A DNA stretch of 64,000 nucleotides from Tubiluchus corallicola (lineage: Eukaryota > Animalia > Priapulida). The stretch is from contig JAQGDQ010000032.1 of the NCBI GenBank assembly GCA_030141605.1, forward strand, positions 310,001 through 374,000, in the 5' to 3' direction. The notes beneath the pieces were generated by a model, which was not told the DNA's origin, made no database searches, and saw only the letters and a list, made by a program, of their open reading frames with translations. The position numbers were made by a program, and so were the translations under genes. Of this stretch, positions 25,500 through 37,820 are shown one piece after another (within the stretch, counting starts at the first letter, position 1; every line of letters begins with the position of its first letter).

Positions 25500-25964
25500 C
25501 TGTAAAATTTTATTTGACCAGTCGTACAAAAGCTAACCAAGAAATCTTTGTTAGTCATAGAAGTAATGAATGTGGTGCATTTGGTAAAATATACTAAATA
25601 TTTTGTATCTGGTTAATTATGTTTACCTGTTTATGTACATATGTTTAATCATGTTTGATATTTTCCTTCTCACAACTGCTATTTACAGTCTCAATGAATA
25701 ATCAATACGGTTGACTTTCAACTTAAACGTGCAATTCTGTGCTCCACAGCCCGATCAGCTTTCAAATGAGCCTGTGTGTGCAAAACACGCTCAGGTCTAC
25801 TTACCCCAGCTTAAGCTGCATTTTGCGATGAAATGTGTACACATATACATGGCTTTGTAGCCTAACAAACACTAGTCTGTCGATACTATAATACCCGAAT
25901 ATCAAAAAAATACACGAAAGGCTTTCTGCATAAATTTGCAATATATTCTATGCTGCTCTTGTAA

Positions 25965-26270
25965 GGGGATGGCCATATGGGTCACCTTGTGGCAATGATA
26001 ACAATGATAATAGTTGTGAATGTGAAAAAGGGGACGGGTACAGGAGAAACAGTTACAATGGCTATCAAAGGAATTATAGAAACTACAGGGATAATAACAA
26101 AAGAAAAGTATAGCAGTGTTTATAGATGTAGAACCTGTCAGAAAGAATGCTGTAAAAATCCCAATAATCATACTTATGCAGAGGATCACGAAGACAGTGA
26201 TGGCAATGAATTATTGTAACACGGTGATGATGATGATGATGACGGCGACGACAATGACACAATACCAAGA
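25965..26270 (+). pseudogene. Inverted partial duplicate or decayed paralog of the G/Y/N/D/R-rich exon
   Basis: 26000-26104 is a diverged reverse-complement copy of 24534-24647 (NNDNSCECEKGDGYRRNSYNGYQRNYRNY). It is followed by frameshifted Cys-rich and Asp-rich segments with stops. Confidence 0.65.
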
Positions 26271-29200
26271 TCAACAAAACTTGTAACAGCATAGCGGAAG
26301 CAAAACATATTGCACAAAGCTGAAACTGTGCTCTGACAAACATCGTTAGACCCAGCCACCAATAATCAATAATGCTCGCACATTGTACATAGTTTTTACT
26401 TGCTGCTTCTCAGATGATAATAGGCTAAACAAATACAACTTGTACAATGCATGTTATAAGACAATAGAATGTACGTACTTCGCAACTTCTAGACTGTTTC
26501 CTCCTCTTTCCCCTGGTGTGCTTATTTTTCCCAAGATGGCAAAACGCAAATTATTTTTTTCTGGAAGCTGTTTATGCAGTTTTCCACAAAACTTGGGCCT
26601 TCCCACGAAATCTAAAGGGCACACTACACCCACCATTGAACAAGCTATCCAACCATTGCCTGAACAATAAAGTGGCCTTGGGATGAGCACCCCTGCGAAA
26701 AACTGGGCGAAAGACGGTCATTTTGGGGTTTTTGGCACCCCGTTCCACCCAGATTCGGAAAAATACCTATATATCACGGCTAAACTAATATGTTAGATTA
26801 GATGTCATTGTAAGACTTCACAGACGGTTGTGATCAAGCTTATCTGATTATTTGTGTTGTGCTTCTATCTGTTTGTAATATACTTATAGGGTCTAAAGCG
26901 GCACTGAAAAATTTTGTTGTACATGTATTGAAATTAGGGAGTAGTCATCTTGAAATTGTACAAAAGTAATCATGTTTCCAAGGTTGGAATTTGGAAGACT
27001 TTTATGGAACATTTTAGGCCTTCCTGATACACTTACAACAGAAAGCCTTTCGTTTAATTTTTTGTGGGTTGAGCCATATATTGACTACTCTGAATACAAA
27101 TACTCAGTTTAAAACTTTTTTAAAGAAAACTCAATCCACGAAACAACGCTCAATCTCTGCTCGTCCAAATATACGTCGACTTTATCATGTATGCCTGCAT
27201 GATAGCCATTTAAATGTATGTGACCAACACTGCATACCCGTATTTATAGCTTACCATTTTTAATAGCACTAATATAAGTGTAATATTGAACACACTGGGT
27301 CCAATAAGGTAATAGCGCCAACGTCTTTTTCTGAAACAAAGAATAAATGCTTTAATTGCATAAATGTCTCATAAGATATTATATTGAATTATATATTTTT
27401 AGTTTCATGGTTCATCTTTTAAATATGCATATTGAAAGTAGACTTATTTCTGCTTTCTCGGATATATGTATTGCCCTTGAAAAACATTATTTATACGGAG
27501 CAGCTTATCATAATTTGCGACAGGAAAAATTCTAGACAAGATGAAATCTTGCTCAGAATAATAAAGATATTACTGAAATAAACAATAACAGATTACCAAA
27601 CTAGTCAGGAATGCAAAACATTAGGTCACTCGCTGCGCACACAGGCAAGCAGGTGCGTTTTGCTCGAACGTATTTGTAAAATGTACAAACTAGTAACGTG
27701 CCATGTTTCTGGTGATGCCTTTTCCTCTGTTCGTTTCATTCAACAGTGATTGTCTACAATAGTGCTCCTTGTGATGTCGCAATATTAAAAAACAACACAC
27801 ACCAACACCATTTCACAAAGCAACAACAACATTTTGTGCAATTTTGAAATTGTATAAACACTAATACATCCATTCACTAATAATCATTAATGTGCGAACA
27901 TTCTACATCGTCTTTGGTTTCTGCTCGCGAAATAATGGTATTACTTAACTGTTAACAGGCACCACTTTTTTCATCAATATTTTATTTAAAACGCCAATAT
28001 TTTTTCGTTGCCATGAATCCAAATTTTCATGAAACTCAGACTACGTACTGTTTGCCGTACAATGAGAAAGTTGCAAAGTTTTGTATTGCATGCACAACGA
28101 AATAAATCTGCCTTTAGAGTTATATCGCAAGCGAGTAACTAGAAAAACATTCTTAGGTTCAAAATATGCAGCACAATGCATCTATTGATCTACATCAGTC
28201 TACGTGCAAAGTAGGTATGCATAATTTTTAAAAACTTACTTTGAAAACATTGTTTGAAGTCCAGCAAATAATTATCTGCTTTTTGATTTTCTGAGCGCAA
28301 GAGTGAGTTAAAGTTGTGATCATTTAATAATAATCCGTTGTCCATCTTGAAACTGCCTGCCTGCCAGTAGCGTTGTCCATTTGTGAATGTACAACATTAT
28401 CCACTGTTTCACAAAAACTAGCTACAAAACGTATGTGTCCTTCACAGAGTTCACGTAACAGACTCTCATAAGAAAATATTTGAAAGAAGGAATTTTCGAG
28501 TAATCATTAAGAATACGAATCACCTGGTTACAGAATGCAATTCATGTAACTAATTTTATAATGAAAAACGTTCAAGACGAAGCTTATCTGCAGATGGTCA
28601 GTAAAGTAAAAAAATCTGCTGCATATTCATAAACACTGGCACTGCATTACTTCACTTGCACAAACTGAACTCGGTCGGTGTTATATTATTTACGATTCAA
28701 ATATTCATCTACCAAATGCAGCCAAGAGCTCAATTTACTTCCTGTTGATCAAGTTATGAAAATATGTAACAGTGTTATAATAATGCTTGGCACTAATCCC
28801 CCAACGAAGAAGTTACGAATTGAACTGATTGGGGGAGATTTTGTTTGTGTGGCGCGCCGCTAGTTTGATAATGTCATTTACTCAACAAATAGAGCGTTGT
28901 TGTCTTTAGTGTTTTCCATTAATTGTCTTTCAAATAGTTCGATCAGTAGTGCGAATGAAAAAGTTTAAGTAGGTGAACGTGCGAAAATTAGCCAATTTCA
29001 CATTTATAATATTTTCTAGCAAAGTTAATCGTGCTATAATTGACGCCACGGACAATAGATGATGATCAAGCAATTAGGATTAAATTTGTTACAGGAGCTG
29101 CAATTATCAATAACGATTATAATCAGACACGCAGGGTTAATGAGAACTCCCTGAAGTTCAAGTTTAGAAAAATTTGAAATGAAAAATAATTAGAAAAATT

Positions 29201-31349
29201 TTAACAAAAATCTCGGTTTAACAATTCTCCAGGTTGGCACACGAAAACGAATTTACGCAAAGTGCTTCCAAGTTTTTTCCACGTAAAAATGTCCATGTAA
29301 TACAGTCAAATAATCAAGGTTAACAAGATTTACCTGGCTCTCACTTCTTCAGTGTTTGTCACGAAACAGAATTTAGTCCCTTTCTAGATATCGGAAACAT
29401 TAGAAATGTAATTAAAACATGTTAGGATGTATCTAATTCTTGATATCAACCTATCGTAGTCTAACATGCCTTGATTAGTAATCAACTTTAGTCACATGTG
29501 ACGTAATGTCCGTAATATTCAAAATGTGGGTGCTGTCATTTCACTTAATAACACGAATGGAATAATGGATGTAGCAAAACTTGATTTAGTGTTTGTAAAA
29601 AAAATTGCTTAAGTTACCTACAAAACGTGAACAGTCAGCAAATGCTATTAGCTGTCAAGAAACGTGCGACAAATTTCAAGAACTTACACTTGTAGTTTTA
29701 TTATCCTAACGTAAATATAGAGATATACAAGCAAAACTAGTTATAGGTATATAGGTCTGTAGGTCTAAGATAATAAAAACACTCACACACGCAAGTCAAA
29801 ATTAATTGTTACAGAAAACAATGACATTACTTTCAACAATAACCATCATAATATATTATATCATCATAATGTCTCTTACGTTTCTAGCATAACGTAGTGC
29901 CGCGTAGTGGTTGTAACAGCGAACAATCTGCTTGGGTGGATAATCATAGGTGAATATGTAATTGTAACCCATATAGTAGTAGCTAAAATATTTATACACT
30001 GATTCGCTTTAATTAGTACAATAAATGCATCCTAGAAGCATTACACGTTCTGTGAAGCAATGTGATGTTCTGAAACTGATTGAAGTATACAGAAATAAAT
30101 AATTACTAAGGAGATCACTTCATCAGTATTTTAGTATTGAATGGTTTTTCCTGGAATGGAATCGTAGAGAAGAAGCAATGAAAATTTAAGCAGACAAAAC
30201 TGGTGCGTCGGAGGTTCAAAATACATTTTTCCACCAATTCTTTCTTTCGTATATGCCACGAAAGTATGACAGCTAGCTGATTCACAATCAGTATACAACT
30301 TGGCAAGCCTGGCATCAAATAAAATTTATTTTACTCGCCAATCTGGCACAGTTATGTCAGCAAAGTCTTGAGTAAGAAAACGGAAGTGCGCAAACATCAT
30401 AAGCTGTCCACAACCAGATCTGTTTACCTAAGTGCTTTCGTATCATTAATTTTATTTTGATCGCCTGAACTCAGACTATGGCATACTTCGTCAGTCAATT
30501 AGACAGTAATATATAATATCGCAGAGTACGTACTGTTGCCTACTTCGTGGCGTTTGAGCTCGGTTGTTGTTCTTCAGGTTATACGTTTCATGCATTTTTG
30601 CCATAAAGTCTAATATTATTTATCAGTAATATTATATTATCCTGGCCAAAACGGAATGCTCACCATGATTTCGTCAATATAATGTTTGTGTTGCTCACAA
30701 AGCGGCAATAGCCACCTGTGCACACTATAAAATATGAAATAATTATGTGAAGCAATTAATTTATTTCAACGCTTTACTGCAAAGTGCATCTTTTTTAATG
30801 ACATGTATCTTGTTAAGTATAGACTTCAGTTTAGTTTAAACTTTATTTATTTATAGTGAATTTACAAAACAGATTGTGTCTGATACATGAATCTCCACGG
30901 TGCAAGTGCTGAGTGCAAAGTTCTAATAAAAGAAAAATGGGTATCACAAATAATAATTATCACACTCAATTCGATAAAACATTTGACTCAATTACAATCA
31001 GCAGATGGTGATTAAGCTTACATACACGAACAGTATAAACACAATATTTTAATAATAACAGTAATAATAAAAATACAGACTTCATCTTTACCTTCTTACA
31101 TTCTGTGCAGTTTCTTATAATTTTGTCAGGGTATGTGCAATAATATCTGTAATTTTCTTTCATTTTCTGTTTTTATTGTTTATCTTTTTATTTGCTTGCC
31201 AAGTTTCTTTGCCATTTATTTTCTACCCAGTTTTCTGATCGTTTCACCCACTTCTCGGTTCGTGCGCTTTTTGGCTTATTTATGGTAAACAATTTCTAGT
31301 TTTGACTTAGTATGCTAACTTAATATATAATATATTGATACACACATGT

Positions 31350-31362
31350 TTCACACACACAT

Positions 31363-31437
<75 letters not shown>

Positions 31438-31463
31438 CGCACGCACGCACGCGCACACACACA
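31350..31463. repeat. (CA)n microsatellite
   Basis: Long cacaca run with cgca variants. Confidence 0.97.
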
Positions 31464-32439
31464 TGTATAGATTTATCATCTTTCAAGCTAATCTTCAGCA
31501 AAATCTACGTTCTGCTATTGGTCTAGTTCAGCAGTCTAACAGAAACGGCCACATTTGCTTACTATTCATTTGGTCTTCCATTTTTACCTATTCTTACATA
31601 TGAATCCTTTATCCAATGTCCTAAATCTCACGAACGCCTTCAAAAAGACGTTTTTCTTGTTACCTGTAGTTACTACGTTAGGTTTTTAAAGTAATATTAT
31701 TGCAATAAAAAACTAAGTAAGCAGAAAAGGCGAGCAGTTTTTCAAGGTCAAGCCTTGTCACCTGGCAATGATTCAAAAAGGGCTTCGTGTGATGTAACAT
31801 CATGCATGCAGCTTTTACATTAAACGACTTGGTTACATGGTCGGTTCTCTGCACACACTATAGTTTTCTCCTTTAAACAAACTAAGTTCGCGATCCAAAG
31901 AAAACATTGAAATTAATACATCGTTGACCATTATGCACCTTATGCATTGACGTAACGCACTTTTCGATGGCATTCTAAGGAGTGCATTGTGTGTCTCTAT
32001 GGTGAATGTTCACATGGTACAAAAACTGCTCCCACTAGCAGATTTTTCATACTGTGACTTCTAGCCAGCGTAAGCTTTTAACGAACCTAATAATAACGAT
32101 CATTCAGCAGCAATTATTATCTTAAAATAATAATGAATTAATTTTATAATCATTACTTCTCAATTTTTGAGCCAGTATGAAATTGCTATGGGCATTGCTG
32201 CTGGTGTTGCAGTTCGTGTGGTTGCTCTATGGAGGGTCTGTTCAGCTATTACCATTTTCTGCTCTTTTTAGGAAACATACGTCTGACATGAGAATATCAA
32301 TGGGCACAACTACAATAAGAACGTTTACTAGTACCAGGTAAGACTATTTTTACCTAGTTTCGCACTCAGCCAGCCAAGTCCCAGGTGTAGTAGCACTCAG
32401 AAGCAATATAGGTGACACAACCTATGTAGCAGCTAGCAG

Positions 32440-33125
32440 GTTTTCTAACGCCACAATTACGCCCATTGTGTTCGTAAAGCCAAGGTCTCGCAGAGCCGCG
32501 ACTTTTTTGATGGCGATAAAAAATCCAGTCCAACAGCCGCCCAAAAATACATACGACTGTGTTTTGTCATAAATCATTCTTGCGAAGTTCGCCTGATTGT
32601 CGCCATATTTTTGCAAGTTTCTGGCTTTTTTCACTAGCGAAAATCACGAGAATGTCGCACGAAATTCGCACGACATGTATGCGCATATTCGGCGAATTCT
32701 GCGACATTTATGCGACAAGGCACGACATTCGCAGGAATATATTGCGATCATTTCACGACCAATTCACGGAATCTTCGCAGAAAAAAGTGCGAAACAACCA
32801 AAGTTCTCCAAAATGTCTCAAAATAGTCGCAACTCGTCGCAACAATAGCAAAAGCGTCGCAAAATGTTCGGTAAGCTTTTGTGCATTTCGAAATTGTCGA
32901 CGAATATCGACGAACAAATTTGCAAACATTTGGCAAATATTACGACTACCTTGCGGCAGTGTTGCGAAGTTTTGGCGAAGTAGCGAGTTTTGCGACTCCT
33001 GCGATAAATTTTAAGCATTTAAAAAAATTTCCCCAAACCGGCAACTTTTTTACGACAACGGCGAACACCCGTGAATATTTGGCGAATTTTTGGCACATGT
33101 TTGCCGACTGTTGGACTTTCGGATA
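32440..33125. mobile_element. CpG-rich non-autonomous DNA transposon-like repeat
   Basis: Dense TCGCA/TGCGA/TCGCC motifs and no credible ORF; typical of Harbinger-like non-autonomous elements. Confidence 0.45.
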
Positions 33126-33214
33126 GGAGCCAAAGCTGAATTTTTGCAGTCATCCAGAATAACATGCTCAAAATCTCCCGAAATCCACTCTCGGGAAAAA
33201 GTTATGGGGTTTTA

Positions 33215-33665
33215 AATGCAGAATGGCTGCCAACACTGCTTTAAAGTCAAAATAACTCAACTAGGTGCATTTAAGATGGCAAAAATGTGTTACCAGCTGA
33301 TCTAAATGTGCCAGTGTTATATCCGAAAAAATAGCATTTTAATGTCATTTGAGATCACTGTCATTCAAAATGGCTGCCGACGCAGGTTTAAAGTTAAAAT
33401 AACTCAACTAAGTGGCATTTAAGATGGCATAATTATATTACCGGCTGATTTAGAAAAGTATGCTTCAGAAAAGCAGTGTTTCAAGGTCATTCAAAGTCAA
33501 GGTCAATCAAAATGACTGCCGTCGGGGCTTTGAAGTCAAAATAACTCAATTAGTAGACATTTTAGACTGCAAAATGTGTTATCAGCTAATACAAACGTGC
33601 ATATGGTTTATCAGAAAAATAGAGTTTCTAGATCATTCAAGGTTAAGGTCATTCAAAATAACTCT
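33215..33665. repeat. Three diverged ~145-bp tandem units
   Basis: AATGGCTGCC...TAAAGTCAAAATAACTCAACTA...CATTTAAGATGGCA...TTACCAGCTGAT recurs at ~33222, ~33369 and ~33511. Confidence 0.8.
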
Positions 33666-36600
33666 AGCAGTAAATGATGATGATGATAAAGCTTTATTTG
33701 CTCAATGCATACCTAGGTATGTATATAATATACATGCAAGGCCTCTATTTGCAGGCCGATAATTCTGCACTGCATCATGATATAAGAGTATATATACAAC
33801 ACGGTCAATTATAATTATGTCCCTAATATATGTACCATAAACTTGCTTACAAGACATTTTAGCAATTATTTATAGCAATTAATAACAGAATTCATTCACT
33901 GGGAATATTTAGATTACACTGTTAGGAAAGTATTAAAAATAACAAACTTTCTTATATGCACGCTTTATTTACAAATATTGATTTTTGTAGCGAAAGAAAT
34001 AAAGCAAATGTAACTGCATTTTAGATAAATATGTAGTTGACAAAGCCTACACTAACGACAGTTGGCCATTGAGCGAGTTCTACAGAACTCTAGATTTATG
34101 CGACTAATTGTAGGGCTGTGTGAATACAGTTACCACCATGTTCCAATTTTACAATCTTTTACGATGCATAATTCGTTGTTACTTTTTTCTCTTTAAGATG
34201 AGTATTTATTTATTCTTACTAACAATAAATAAGATACGTAAAAGTTATAACAACTACACGAATGGTTGAAAATATAATTACAAACAGCTTTTTTAGGAAA
34301 CGTTTCCAAAATGGCTTCTGTAGCTGCTCTGTCGTGGATAATCCAATTCAATTCACATTTTTATAACAGACTTAAAATAAATATAAAACGTACATATGAA
34401 CTAAATAATATATATATATATCCCAAGGTGTTTTCCCACACCGTCGATAACCGTGCCTGTCACCAGGTCTTTGAAACATTTGAACTCGTTTTCCCGCACT
34501 AACGCCTTCACTCGCTAATGATACCCAAATCATTATTGTGACAACAACAGGAACGTATCTAAACAATATGGATAATGCCATTTTCACAATAAATGCACTA
34601 GGTTAGTAATACGTACTATAACAATAATAGATTCGTTCAACAGTAATTAACGTGGTGAGGAATCGGAGCACTGTATCGAATTGCTGTTTAATTTTACGCT
34701 GAATTACACCTCCGCTTTACCAATGGTAGACTGGACCTTCTTAAATCTGTCCACTTTTTTATCACCATAGCCTCCACTGATTCTCGTTGATGTGCCTTCT
34801 CCAAGTTAGTAAGATTTCCGATTGTCAATGACATACGAATCTTCTGCTTTGTGTTTTAACGTAGCTGAATGTTTCCATTGACACTTTTGACAATGTTTTT
34901 AAGATGAATAATAAGAAGGCGACCTGATAGATATTTTTCAAGTAAAAAATTAGTCGTGATGGTGTTCTTGCTTTTCATTGTTTATAATTACTTGTTCCAC
35001 TTTACCTACCCTATTTTATAATGATAAAGCCTATTTAAACTAGTGTTCTTAATAATTAAATTTATGTGCATGTTGGGCTTTAGCAAAAAAAAAACATTTT
35101 GTTTACTGCAAAGCAGTTTGCAGGCCAGCTAGGCTATGTAGCAGTGAAGAGACGAAACTTTGCATAAACTGAAAAGTTGCAAAAATCTGGATCAACTCTC
35201 AAAGATTTTTAGAATCATACTGGCTGGTTGGTTTTTCGGTTAACAGGTTGGTCGGCCTGAACCACTAAAGTGCACCACGTTTAAGACATTCTCTGCGAAT
35301 TTCGCGTGCAATGTGTGTGATATTTTCTCTTACGATGATCAATAGCAACGCTGGAAAGAAGTGGCACTGAGAAATGGTCGATCAATACGAAAAACGACCG
35401 ACTCATAATGGGGGACGCTGTTACGTTGACAATCATTTCCCAAAAATTACACATTTCTTACGGAATCGTCGTAGAGATTTCAGTTTATCAATAAACAAAG
35501 TTTTCTTCATTGATACATTTGGCATGAAAAGAATAAGCACTTCTCATATCCTTAGCTATGTTACCCAACATATTTGAGTCAGCTCCTCCTCTGCGCTTAC
35601 AGGGCTTCCCTGCCGTCATAGACCCATCAGAGAGCGCAGCGCTCATGGATGACAGGTGCTAGTCTTTGTGGATACGCTGAAAATCGTTTTTACTCGCTGG
35701 CTTTTAGACCAATAAAATATTTTGTGTAATGGTGCCATGTTCACAAAGATTTTAAACACGTATTCGTTTAGCAAGTGAAACTTTTGAGAAAACAGAAAAA
35801 CATAGATGTATGTGCAGTGTACATGCTTCCATTGAGGAAAATCGAAGTGACACGTTACTATATATGTGACTTCACTAATTTGGAAGATGAAAGTGATTGA
35901 AGTATATAGATATTCAAAGTAAATGTGACTGCTTTTATATCATGAACTGCTAAGTGGTATGGCTGTGAATCTGGATAGTAAATTTCTGTATTTTATTTGG
36001 ATGCACTTAGTCCTACTAAGAGGTGAGGAGCATAATTTACAATCAGAACTTTGTTACTATTTTGTCAGTGTTGGTAATTACACGTGTTTTTAAGCTTAAT
36101 AAATATAATTGAATCAATTATGACAAGTTTCTGCTTTCTTGTGCTTGTAAATTGCTTAAATGTGAAAGCCTAGAACAAAAATATAGTGCACAGGAAGTCA
36201 GAGCAGACCTAATCCCTCCCAATTGTCCTAATTAGTCTTCTAATCACTTGAGAAATTTCAGTAGTCCCAACTTTCATGTAACATCCCAAAAATAACGACA
36301 TATCTGATAGCAATTTCTGCATTTTCTGCAAGTATTGCATGTATATGCATGCCGAATAATAAATGACAAAATTTGATTTCTGACGCTTTTCCACTGCTAT
36401 AAGAAAGTACGTTAATGGAACTGGTAATGATGACAATATTTGTAAGATGGATTTACAGATTTACGCTCGCCATTTAGCATATGGATTTTTTAACTTTATC
36501 AATTGGCTAATAAAATCGTCAGAACGTCTGAAAGTCGCCTTTGCCGTTACCGTTTTGGCTATACAAACGTGGACAATTAGTCTAGCTTGCCAGCGTATGT

Positions 36601-37820
36601 TTGTCTGCAAAATACTGCGCTTATGCTTATAATGCGTCTTAACTCTTTTAAAAGACTCCAACCTCCGCGTACATTATTTTAACCTCAAAACAGTCAAATC
36701 AGTATCGTGACTAAATCTATTAATGATGCCATTACTCATGCTTAATCTAAAGTCAATCAGGCACGTGTCACGGAGACAGCAGGCCTATACTTGTGCAATT
36801 AAATATTGAATTTCTTGTCCAAGATGGAAGTCACTCTGCTCGCTGGGTTTGTAATTATACTGCAAATGTAAGCCCGCCTCTACACACAGTTGATCATAAA
36901 TATTGGATTCGCAGCTTTGCTAGCAATCAATATTGGATTGCCTGTCATTCCCTGTAGCTAGAATCGCTTTGTAGTTTATAGTTGCCGAGTTGTATAAAAT
37001 CATTGCGCATTGGTTGTGTAAAGAAGGCCCAATAAAGACTATAAATTGTATATATAATTGCTTTTTGATTTGGGTCGCGTGTTTGCAACCTGGGTATTGG
37101 AATTGGGAAGTATAGATCGAAATTCTGCAAATGCTTGACAATGGTAGAAATATGACAGGCAACGGTAAAAATGTGTTCTGCAAACTGATCCAAAACATTC
37201 AAATCGAATATAAAATTGAAAACTAATTATCACTAAATATAGGCTATTTTGAATACATGCAATCGGGCTTAGTTATCCAGTGTCGAATTTGAGCGTATAT
37301 AGCTAAATAAGCTATATAAGCTAACTACAACATGAAGCTTTTTCTGATTTAATATTTAGGTGGCAGGATCTTATGAATTTTTTTATATTTTTGCAGTTTA
37401 ATTTTGCCGTAATGCACATAAATCAGGTGCATATACTTGCTTTGTTCACTGTATGTATTTGCTTAATCGTAAATGTACTGAAAGTAATTTTTTATTCAAA
37501 CCGTTTAGGTCTCACCCTTAATACGTATCTCAACTGTAACTCTAGGCAGGCGGCCGAATAAAAAAAACTAGAGGTTTTCAAATTTTTCGACAAGGCTCGA
37601 GTAGCCATTTCTTTTTTCACAGAGTTTTAAGGATGACACTGCTGTGTACCCCAATGTGTTAAAAATGTATTTGGGTATGCAAAGTAGTGTCATTAGTGTT
37701 ATTGGTATTAGTAGGGTCATATTAAGGAAAATATTATTGTTTTTGTATCATATGAAATAGGTTGTTCATACTGTCTGGAACACAATGTAACTACAAGGAC
37801 GATTTCGTTTTGTCTTACAG

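Noticed and set aside
26083-26343. Minus ORF with signal-like start and RRRHHHHHH
   Set aside because: The poly-His is the antisense of a GAT (poly-Asp) run in the decayed plus-strand paralog, and the donor needed to join it to the large exon is weak (GTTTTG). Not excluded but unsupported.
31307-31603. HT/CV repeat ORFs
   Set aside because: (CA)n microsatellite translations.
33215-33665. CRISPR-like spaced repeats
   Set aside because: Eukaryotic DNA; whole ~145-bp units are homologous, with no unique spacers and no cas genes.
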